Shown: positions 8,639-16,464 of the stretch, piece by piece
Numbering within the stretch: the first letter of the stretch is position 1
Layout: every line of letters begins with the position of its first letter
Source: an uncultured bacterium
GTDB taxonomy: Bacteria; Fidelibacterota; Marinisomatia; Marinisomatales; Marinisomataceae
Reading direction: 5' to 3'
Assembly: GCA_943788675.1 (NCBI GenBank)
Contig: CALSRE010000001.1
Location: 49,400 to 113,399, forward strand
DNA length: 64,000 bases
The notes under the pieces: generated by a model
Told to the model about the DNA's origin: nothing
Database searches by the model: none
What the model saw: only the letters and a program-made list of their open reading frames with translations
Position numbers and translations under genes: made by a program

Positions 8639-9501
8639 CTCTGCTGATTAATAAAATCTCTTGCTAATTTTTTAATGATTTGACCTCCATCTTCATTGAG
8701 ATGAATATGATCGCATAATAATTTTAATCTATACTTTTTTCCAATATCTTTCCAAGTCCATCCAAACACATAATAGAGTACAACTGCTCTTAATCCTCTT
8801 AGCCTTCTTAGCTCTGATGTAGTATAAGGTAGGCTCTGATTCTCTTCAATTTGTAAATCAAATTCATTATATAAATCAAGTATTTCTATATCATAATTAC
8901 TGGCCAAATCTTTAATGATTTGGTTGTGATTTTTAACAACTTGGATTATTGAAGATTCCTTTTGTTCTCCTAGCCAAGGAAGAGTAAAAATTGAAATCTT
9001 AGCTTTTGTATTCTCCTTAATAGTTTTTATAAACAGTTCTAACTGTCCTTCATACCAATCAATTGATGGCTTTTGTGGCAGCCCTTTAGTTTGCATATAA
9101 TAATCTTGTATCAACTTCACTGGCTGACTTCCAATTGCATCATTAGTCCCAATTAAAATAGTAATGTAGTCAGGATTATGCTTAATAATATCATCAACTC
9201 GTTGATTTAAATTCCAAGTAAGGTCAGCATTTATACCTGCATTAATATATACCTTAGAAGTATCATCTTTTCGCAATGAATCAACCCAATTGTATCCTAT
9301 GTGTCCATGCGTAATGCTATCACCGCAACATACAACTACGGGTTTATTATTATCTTTAAGCTGAACTGAACTAGCATCCATATCTGGAAGCTGCCAAGAC
9401 CTTCTAATCATTGGAAGTTTATAAATATTTAATATGATAGTATTTCTAAAAAAGTATATTAATAATAAAAAAACTGCGATAGATATCAATAAATATAGCA
9501 T
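8620..9501 (-). CDS. SGNH/GDSL-family hydrolase with N-terminal membrane anchor
   Basis: 293 aa with motifs CCGDSITHG (block I Ser), GTNDA (block III) and DHIHLNEDG (block V Asp/His). Confidence 0.7.
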   Translation of the reverse strand: MLYLLISIAVFLLLIYFFRNTIILNIYKLPMIRRSWQLPDMDASSVQLKDNNKPVVVCCGDSITHGHIGYNWVDSLRKDDTSKVYINAGINADLTWNLNQRVDDIIKHNPDYITILIGTNDAIGSQPVKLIQDYYMQTKGLPQKPSIDWYEGQLELFIKTIKENTKAKISIFTLPWLGEQKESSIIQVVKNHNQIIKDLASNYDIEILDLYNEFDLQIEENQSLPYTTSELRRLRGLRAVVLYYVFGWTWKDIGKKYRLKLLCDHIHLNEDGGQIIKKLARDFINQQSTPDRI

Positions 9502-9625
9502 GACTATCTATTTAAAGACTTTAATCTTTCTTGATATATTTTTTTGCTTATTGGATAAAGTATTTTTATTAAGCTAGACAATGATTCATTCATTTGAATA
9601 AATCTAAAGAATTAATAAATGATTT

Positions 9626-10573
9626 CTAATTAATTTCTGGTAGCTCAAATGCTGCAATTCTTTGATCATTATCTACAGCATATAAAAACCATTTACCATG
9701 CATGTAAGCTGTAGCAATCCCATCGGTATATGATACATCTTTAAGATATAAAGTATTGATATAAGATAAATCTTCTCGGTTATACAAATGAAAACGATTA
9801 TCATCTTTGCTTTGCTCAGTACAAATCCAATATCCTTTATTATCGCGATTAATTACTAGGGCAATTCCTTCTGGGTCATTACCTCTATTAAAATCTCCTA
9901 AATCCTCAATTTTTGTCTGACCGGTTTCTAAGTCTAATGCCATCACTTTGTGATACTCTTCCATTTCTTCAGCAACTAACATTGTTTTAAAATGCTTATC
10001 AATATGGATGCTTTCGACTTGGTATAAGGTTGGACTACCAAAAACTGAAGCACTGCTTACTGTAAAAGAATCATTTTCAATATTAAAATCCCATGATAAA
10101 ATTCTATCTCGTCTGGGATTATTGTATTCATAGCTATCGGTTACAAACACTTTATACTGTTTATCATCAACCTTATAAAACGAAATACCATAAGGACTTC
10201 GCAACTCATTTGTACCAAAAGTTCCTAAGAATTCTAATGAAGAATTAAATACAGCAACATGTTTATTATCTCTTTCAGTAACTAATACAAATTGATCATT
10301 TATAACAGTCACTCCATTTGGAAAAGCGCCTTCACGTGAAATAGATTTTTTAAACTTTCCATTCATAGCGCCATAAAGATGGATTTCATTTTTATCTTTC
10401 ACAGTAACAACAATAACATGTTTGCGCATCAGAAATCCAATACTATCAATTCCTGCGTCTTCAATAGGCTCTGTATAAAACATTGGATTAGTTAATGTGA
10501 TTGCATTTGTAGAAGAATTGCAGCTAATTAAGAAAATAGATATTAATACAAATAATCTTTTTAAATACTTCAT
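9626..10573 (-). CDS. beta-propeller phytase-like lipoprotein (tentative)
   Basis: 315 aa with lipobox LISC|N. Segment pattern resembles BPP phytases: ESIHIDKHFKTMLVAEEMEE (compare EGMAADDEYGRLYIAEEDE), DPEGIALV...KGYWICTEQS (compare DIEGLTIYY..KGYLMASSQG) and SYTDGIA (compare SDTDGID). Confidence 0.5.
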   Translation of the reverse strand: MKYLKRLFVLISIFLISCNSSTNAITLTNPMFYTEPIEDAGIDSIGFLMRKHVIVVTVKDKNEIHLYGAMNGKFKKSISREGAFPNGVTVINDQFVLVTERDNKHVAVFNSSLEFLGTFGTNELRSPYGISFYKVDDKQYKVFVTDSYEYNNPRRDRILSWDFNIENDSFTVSSASVFGSPTLYQVESIHIDKHFKTMLVAEEMEEYHKVMALDLETGQTKIEDLGDFNRGNDPEGIALVINRDNKGYWICTEQSKDDNRFHLYNREDLSYINTLYLKDVSYTDGIATAYMHGKWFLYAVDNDQRIAAFELPEIN

Positions 10574-10576
10574 TTA

Positions 10577-11332
10577 CTACTTTACTATACCTAAAAGCTC
10601 AATCTCAAAAATTAATGTTGAAGAAGGAGGAATGACATATTCTCCTTTTTTAACATCTGAAGGTACTCCGCTTGTACCGTAGCCTAGGTTTTGAGGAATA
10701 AATACTTCCCATTTAGAACCAACTGGCATTTTTTGTAAAACTTCTTGCCATCCAACGATGACACTTTTTACTCCAAATGTTGCAGGCTGACCTCTATCAT
10801 AGCTACTATCAAATTTATAGCCGTCTATTAAAAACCCATTATAATGTACAATTACTGTATCATCAAATTCTGGAATTTCTCCCTTACCAGTAGCAATAAT
10901 TCTGTATTGAATTTGACTTCTATTGAATACCTTAACACCTTCTTTGACTTTGTTGTTATCTAGAAATTCTTGGCCTTTTATTTTATTTTCTCTGGAAAGC
11001 TCTCTTGATTTTTCACCCATTTGCTGCATTTTATCACGCTCAATTTGTGAGCTCATAATATTGAATGCTCTTAGAATATCATTTCTTGTAGATATATCCA
11101 ATCTAGGATTTTCTTTATTCCAATAGTCTTCAAGACCTTCAATTAGCAATTCCTGGTTAATTTCAGTATTAGGTAAATTTCCAGCAATACTAATACCCAT
11201 TGCATAACTTAAAGAATCTTGAAAAGTAACCATTAATTCTTTATCACTTTCTGAAGCAATATCTTCTGATGAACTACAAGAATAAAGCAATAAAGAGATT
11301 ATAATAAAATAGATTTTAAATATGTATTTCAC
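10577..11332 (-). CDS. FKBP-type peptidyl-prolyl cis-trans isomerase (FkpA/Mip-like lipoprotein)
   Basis: 251 aa with lipobox LYSC|S, an N-terminal dimerisation-type helix region and a C-terminal FKBP core (VHYNGFLIDGYKFDSSYDRGQPATF...VIVGWQEVLQKMPVGSKWEVFIPQNLGYG). Confidence 0.85.
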   Translation of the reverse strand: MKYIFKIYFIIISLLLYSCSSSEDIASESDKELMVTFQDSLSYAMGISIAGNLPNTEINQELLIEGLEDYWNKENPRLDISTRNDILRAFNIMSSQIERDKMQQMGEKSRELSRENKIKGQEFLDNNKVKEGVKVFNRSQIQYRIIATGKGEIPEFDDTVIVHYNGFLIDGYKFDSSYDRGQPATFGVKSVIVGWQEVLQKMPVGSKWEVFIPQNLGYGTSGVPSDVKKGEYVIPPSSTLIFEIELLGIVK

Positions 11333-11373
11333 GTATGAATTCTAAAATGTTTGACAAGAATAGTAAAGGAAAA

Positions 11374-12207
11374 TTATCTTCCGTCTTTATATCCTTTGTA
11401 ATCATCCATCATATTATATAATCCGTAAAAACTACTTAGCTTAATTAAAAGTGAGCTTGGAAGCAACGCTCGTAATAATACCATTTGATTCATGATCCAT
11501 GGAACTTTTGGGGAGTGAAATCCAAGCTTAATTGCCCTATTAACAATGACTTTAGCCACTTGGTCATGGCTTTTAACCCCCGGGGCTAATAACTGCCCTA
11601 AAAAATTAAGTTTTGTACCTTCAAATAATCCTTTTTTAAGAAAATTTGGGTGAACTGAAGAAAATTTTACTCCATGTTTTCCCATTTTTTTTACTTCTAA
11701 TCGCAGAGATTCTGTTAACCCTGCTACTGCCCACTTCGTTGCTGCATATACTGCTAATTTTGGGGCACCTGTTAAAGAAGAAGCAGAAGAAATATTAATG
11801 ATATGTCCAAAGTTTTTTTCTAACATACCTGGCATAAAAGCGCGAATAGTATAAATCATAGATGTGAAATTTACATTAATAAGATTCTCTAGCTCTTCAT
11901 CGGTTCTATCTAGCATATAGCCAGTATACACTGTGCCAGCATTATTTATTAAAATATCGATGCTTCCAAATTTCTCTTTAATAATTTTAGCATTTTGATA
12001 AACCTGCTCTTTATTAGTTACATCGCAGATTTGAGAAAAAACATCATGACCTTGTTCTTTTAAATCACTTACTGTTGCTGACAAATCGTGTTCTTTAAAA
12101 TCCCAAAGAATTACATGGGCACCTTCATTTAAAATACGCTTTGCAGTGGCTAAACCAATCCCTTTTGCTCCACCAGTAATCAGAACATGTTTACTTTTAA
12201 GATTCAT
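11374..12207 (-). CDS. short-chain dehydrogenase/reductase family oxidoreductase
   Basis: 277 aa with TGGAKGIG cofactor motif, NNAG, and YAATKWA catalytic Tyr/Lys. Confidence 0.8.
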   Translation of the reverse strand: MNLKSKHVLITGGAKGIGLATAKRILNEGAHVILWDFKEHDLSATVSDLKEQGHDVFSQICDVTNKEQVYQNAKIIKEKFGSIDILINNAGTVYTGYMLDRTDEELENLINVNFTSMIYTIRAFMPGMLEKNFGHIINISSASSLTGAPKLAVYAATKWAVAGLTESLRLEVKKMGKHGVKFSSVHPNFLKKGLFEGTKLNFLGQLLAPGVKSHDQVAKVIVNRAIKLGFHSPKVPWIMNQMVLLRALLPSSLLIKLSSFYGLYNMMDDYKGYKDGR

Positions 12208-12287
12208 AATACAAAATAAAGTATAACACAGTAGGATGCTATTGAATTTGTTGCAAAAAAATTCAGTTTAAATACTCAAGTTCAATT

Positions 12288-13262
12288 TTAAAGCGAACTA
12301 TACCATTGAATAGCATATGCTAAAGAAACGCTAATCATTAATCCTAACATTAATCTTAGGAAATCTTTATATAGCATTGGGAAGATTGCTTTCTTATGTC
12401 TACTCGTATAGGTTAATTCACCATATCCTATAGACATCCATATACCGAGCTCTCTTCCAGCAAGCATTCCCATAAAAACAAATGTTGTACTCATGGGGAT
12501 ATTGTTTAATTCCTTGAAATAATAAAGAACAAAACAATATACTAAATCAATAAGTGTTGCTGACCTTACATAACGCGTGTTAGTTTTAGATAGTACAATT
12601 TCTTGTATTTTCCCACCGCGCTCATAAAACATAAAAGCAAGGCCAATAAGCATAGCTGCTAAAACAAATATTTGGAATATTGTTGACTGAACAGTACTGT
12701 ATCTTGGCAAGAAAATCATAATATTTGCTAGATCATGCTTAAGCCATGTTGACCACAACCAACCTGTTGTCAGCCATTGGCCAATCCTCCAATAATTATT
12801 GTATTTATTTTTACCCTTTTCTCCTTCATTTAAAAAATATTTGCTTATTAAATACCATGATATCCAAGCAAAAACAAATGATACTGCATAACCTAGGAAG
12901 CTTTTAAGCAACATCTTTTCCATAACAACAGAAGAGGCAAAAACTGATAATACTAAAAAAGTTGTTGAAACTGGAATTTTCAACCTTGTTAAAGCAACAA
13001 GAACAAGTGGAGCAATGGCATGATACCATTGAATTGTAATTTCAGGAAATTTATCAAGTCTACCGAATGCAGGATCATTAATAGCAAATCCTTGAATCAT
13101 TGTAAGAACAAAAATTCCGCCCATATAAGCAAACATCCAGTACCATTTAACGTCTTGGTTAGATGAGATATAAGTTCCTAATGTCTGAATACTATCATTT
13201 GCAGTAACAGCGTACACTGCAAACAAAAAACCTAATAAAGACCAAATTGTAAGAAAATCCAT
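12288..13262 (-). CDS. polytopic membrane protein, possibly a divergent PiT/PHO4-like inorganic ion transporter
   Basis: 324 aa and highly hydrophobic. N-terminal TANDSIQTLGTYISS resembles the GANDVANxxGTxVxS PiT signature. A second weaker HDLANIM element is present. The assignment is tentative. Confidence 0.35.
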   Translation of the reverse strand: MDFLTIWSLLGFLFAVYAVTANDSIQTLGTYISSNQDVKWYWMFAYMGGIFVLTMIQGFAINDPAFGRLDKFPEITIQWYHAIAPLVLVALTRLKIPVSTTFLVLSVFASSVVMEKMLLKSFLGYAVSFVFAWISWYLISKYFLNEGEKGKNKYNNYWRIGQWLTTGWLWSTWLKHDLANIMIFLPRYSTVQSTIFQIFVLAAMLIGLAFMFYERGGKIQEIVLSKTNTRYVRSATLIDLVYCFVLYYFKELNNIPMSTTFVFMGMLAGRELGIWMSIGYGELTYTSRHKKAIFPMLYKDFLRLMLGLMISVSLAYAIQWYSSL

Positions 13263-13319
13263 TTTTTTTCCTTCTTAAACAGTTTTACTTATTTATGACA
13301 ATAATGACTAAGATTTTTG

Positions 13320-13392
13320 CTCCGGAGGAGAGACTCGAACTCCCGACCTGGTGATTAACAGTCACTCGCTCTACCAACTGAGCTACTCCGGA
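13320..13392 (-). tRNA. tRNA-Asn (anticodon GTT)
   Basis: Reverse complement folds as TCCGGAG-TA-GCTC-AGTTGGTA-GAGC-G-AGTGA-CTGTTAA-TCACC-AGGTC-GGGAG-TTCGAGT-CTCTC-CTCCGGA-G. Confidence 0.9.
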
Positions 13393-13478
13393 ATATGATT
13401 GAAATTTTTGATATTATTACCTAAAAAACAAGAATTATTAATCTTATTTAATAATAATATATTATCTCAAATTAACTA

Positions 13479-16214
13479 TTATAAATCAGCTTTTATTCCA
13501 AAAGTAAATTTTCTATTATAATACTCTTCTTGCATCATATATCTACTACTTCCTTGATAATATCTTAATGGCTGATTGGTTAAATTATTGAAATCAGCAT
13601 AGATAGAGATATTTTCTCTTAAATTATAATTTGCATTTAAATCAACATATGTTGATTTATCATACCATCTATCTTCAGATTTGGAATCACCAAATTCTTC
13701 AAGAAATTCTCCTTGATGATTAAGAGATAAACGTAAGGTCATTGGCCCTCTTTCATATGACATAGAAAGATTGTAACTAAGCTCAGACGTACCTGGCATA
13801 GAATTATCTATTACATCGGGTCTGTCTTCTTGAAGCTTTGGATCTAAATTATCTATTTTTGAATCAATAGCAGTAACATTGGCATATAAACCTAGTCCCG
13901 GTAATATTTGCCTTTGAAATGCAATTTCAACTCCTAATAAAGATGCATTACCACCATTCAATGCTTTGTCTAATTGAAAGCCATTGTAGTCTGGTAGATT
14001 GTCAGCTTGAGTTACATAGCCAGATGTATAAACAACGAAGTTATCTATATCTTTCGTAAACATTCCAGCTGAGAATAACCCAACATCATCAAAATACCTT
14101 TCGAAAGAAATATCAAAATTTGTTGAAATGGTAGGCTCTAGTTCAGGATTACCAACCTTTATCTCTTCATCTTCCACTTTTACTTGTTGATATGGAACGG
14201 TATCAAAGTAATTAGGTCTTGCTAAAGACTTTGTTAAAGCAACCCTAATCTTTGACGCCCCATCTAAATCATATATCAAGTGCAAAGAAGGTAATACATC
14301 AGTATAGTCGTTATCGGCAGCTGTAATTATATTATTTTGATCATTATCCTCATCATAGCTTCTTGCTTCTAAATCATATAAGGTTGTTCTTTCTAATCTT
14401 ATTCCACCTAAAACAAGCAATTGGTCTGAATAATCATATGAAGCCATTCCATAGAATGAAGTGATATCTTCAGAGGCTTTGAAGTTTCCAGCTAACTCTT
14501 CTTCAACAATAACTCTCTCAAAAAGTTCTGTATTTGATAAATCCAAATTTCCAAGAAATTCTCTACTTACATAAGATCCTGAATTATAAGAAGTACCATT
14601 TCCATCATTTAACCATTCGCTTTTATCTTGACTAACGATGTTTGAAAATGCATCTGCTAAAAAAGCATCTTCATCTACTGGTTCAAATTCGTAAAACTCA
14701 TTACGTCTTTCCTTTTTTCTTGAACTAATTTTTAATCCAGCCTCTAATTTTAGGTTGTCATTAAAATTGAAGTCAGCGTCTACCTTGAAGCTTTGTGCTT
14801 TTTCATCAGTATCTCTACTTTCTTCAATTAAGTTTCTAAAATCCCATACATTATTTAAGTCTGCAGCGATTTCATTTGAGAAAGTAAAGTTTGGCTTTTC
14901 GGTACTTTGATTCCACACGGCAGTTTGTTTTTTTAATCTTAAAGCCAGATATCTTTCGTTCGGTCTTAGCTCTGAAGCTTCCGAAATTTTAAAAGAATAA
15001 TCTAGTTTTAGCTTATCTAAAAGACTTGTTCCACCAAATTTATAGGAAAAAAGCTTTTGATCTTCCAGTCTTCCATATTCATTACCTGGCAATCCTGCTT
15101 TAGTTTGTCTTCTAACCTCTTGGCTTCCTTCACCTTCATCTAAATCCTTTATTCTTTGACGATATCTATTTTCGTAATCATCACGATCATTATAATTAAG
15201 ATCTGTATATAGTTCTGTATTACCCAAATTGTAATCGAATCTCAATCCAAGACTCTTTCTCTCGCGATGAACTAAATACTTTCTAATATCATGTTCAACA
15301 ATATTTCCTTCATCGTCCCATTCAGCTTCAACATTATCAGTACCTGTCCAGTTATCATAAAAAGAAAAATTAAACACATAACCAAAATTGTTGTCTTCTG
15401 ATCTATTGGAATGCATTCCAGATAACTGAACTATCTTACCAGCTTCATCCAAGGTATTCTCACCTCTTCCAACAGTTACTGATGTTCGTGCTCCTGCAGC
15501 TTTTCGTGTAATAAGATTAATTGACCCTCCTATTGCATCAGCATCCATATCAGGAGTGAGGGCTTTTATAACTTCTACAGTTTGAATCATATCAGCAGGA
15601 ATTAGGTCCAACTGGTTACTTCTTGTTGTAGCTTCAGCAGATGGCATTCTTTCTCCATTGATCGTTGCTGAATTAAAGCTTGATGGAGTTCCTCTTACAT
15701 GACCGAATCTTGCCTCTCCCATATCATTATAAACTGCAATTCCAGGAACACGTTTCAAGGCATCGCCAATATTTGAATCAGGAAATTTTCCGATCTGATC
15801 TGAGGAAATTACATTACTAATATTTGATTTATTTTTTTGATTATTTAATGCCCTTGCTTGGCCTGATAAAGAATTTCCGATAACATCAATATCGTTTCCA
15901 ACTAATATTCCAACTGATAATTCTACTGAAAAAGTGTTCAAACTTTCTGAATCAATAGAAATATCTTTTTCTTGATTTTTATAGCCAATGTATGAAACTA
16001 CTAGCTTATAATTTCCTAATGGTAGATTTGAAAGATAAACTTTACCTCCAGAATCAGTTATTCCTCCAAAGTTAGTTCCCTCCAAATAAACATTGGCACC
16101 GGGTAATGGAAAGGAACCGTTAGCATCTGAAACAACTCCTAGTAAATTACCGGTTTGTGAAAATAATTGTGTTATAGCAACACATACGTATAGACAAATT
16201 GTTTTTAAACGCAT
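13479..16214 (-). CDS. TonB-dependent receptor with N-terminal carboxypeptidase-regulatory-like domain
   Basis: 911 aa with a signal peptide and CarboxypepD_reg-like segment (GVVSDANGSFPLPGANVYLEG...YKLVVSYIGY). Plug region (SNIGDALKRVPGI, INGER) and a long beta-barrel ending in the aromatic terminal strand FTFGIKADL. Confidence 0.85.
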   Translation of the reverse strand: MRLKTICLYVCVAITQLFSQTGNLLGVVSDANGSFPLPGANVYLEGTNFGGITDSGGKVYLSNLPLGNYKLVVSYIGYKNQEKDISIDSESLNTFSVELSVGILVGNDIDVIGNSLSGQARALNNQKNKSNISNVISSDQIGKFPDSNIGDALKRVPGIAVYNDMGEARFGHVRGTPSSFNSATINGERMPSAEATTRSNQLDLIPADMIQTVEVIKALTPDMDADAIGGSINLITRKAAGARTSVTVGRGENTLDEAGKIVQLSGMHSNRSEDNNFGYVFNFSFYDNWTGTDNVEAEWDDEGNIVEHDIRKYLVHRERKSLGLRFDYNLGNTELYTDLNYNDRDDYENRYRQRIKDLDEGEGSQEVRRQTKAGLPGNEYGRLEDQKLFSYKFGGTSLLDKLKLDYSFKISEASELRPNERYLALRLKKQTAVWNQSTEKPNFTFSNEIAADLNNVWDFRNLIEESRDTDEKAQSFKVDADFNFNDNLKLEAGLKISSRKKERRNEFYEFEPVDEDAFLADAFSNIVSQDKSEWLNDGNGTSYNSGSYVSREFLGNLDLSNTELFERVIVEEELAGNFKASEDITSFYGMASYDYSDQLLVLGGIRLERTTLYDLEARSYDEDNDQNNIITAADNDYTDVLPSLHLIYDLDGASKIRVALTKSLARPNYFDTVPYQQVKVEDEEIKVGNPELEPTISTNFDISFERYFDDVGLFSAGMFTKDIDNFVVYTSGYVTQADNLPDYNGFQLDKALNGGNASLLGVEIAFQRQILPGLGLYANVTAIDSKIDNLDPKLQEDRPDVIDNSMPGTSELSYNLSMSYERGPMTLRLSLNHQGEFLEEFGDSKSEDRWYDKSTYVDLNANYNLRENISIYADFNNLTNQPLRYYQGSSRYMMQEEYYNRKFTFGIKADL

Positions 16215-16410
16215 GGCCTAATCTCCTTTTTTATAAAAATTAGCTTCAACTTTTAAAAACGCCCCCTAAGACTTTTTTAATCGCATGGCCAGACTTGTTT
16301 TCTCATCCACGTCTGCTTCAACTCTTAAAAAGTAGTGAAACTCTTTTTAAGTGCATGGCCAGGTCAATTTTTTCATTAAGACCTGCTTCAACATCTTAAA
16401 AAGCGATTTT
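16205..16410 (-). repeat. three tandem ~71-bp copies of the receptor gene translation-initiation region, each with a covarying hairpin
   Basis: Minus-strand units are TTTTTAA(G/A)A(T)GTTGAAG-C-stem-loop-stem-GGCCATGC(G/A). Stems are CTAAT/ATTAG (unit at the real ATG), CAGAC/GTCTG and CAGGTC/GACCTG. Unit starts on the plus strand are 16211, 16283 and 16353. Confidence 0.8.
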
Positions 16411-16419
16411 AACTACGGG

Positions 16420-16449
16420 ATAATAAACAATTAGAAAAATATTTGTCAA
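16420..16449 (-). promoter_or_regulatory. candidate sigma70-type promoter upstream of the triplicated leader
   Basis: Minus strand has TTGACA (16449-16444), an 18-nt spacer, then TATTAT (16425-16420). The promoter consensus of this lineage is unknown. Confidence 0.3.
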
Positions 16450-16464
16450 TTTTTTTTTTAGAAT

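Noticed and set aside
16205-16410. Cobalamin, TPP or another known riboswitch upstream of the TonB-dependent receptor.
   Set aside because: There is no B12 box or other riboswitch core that I can recognise. The region is fully accounted for by three tandem copies of the gene's own initiation region.
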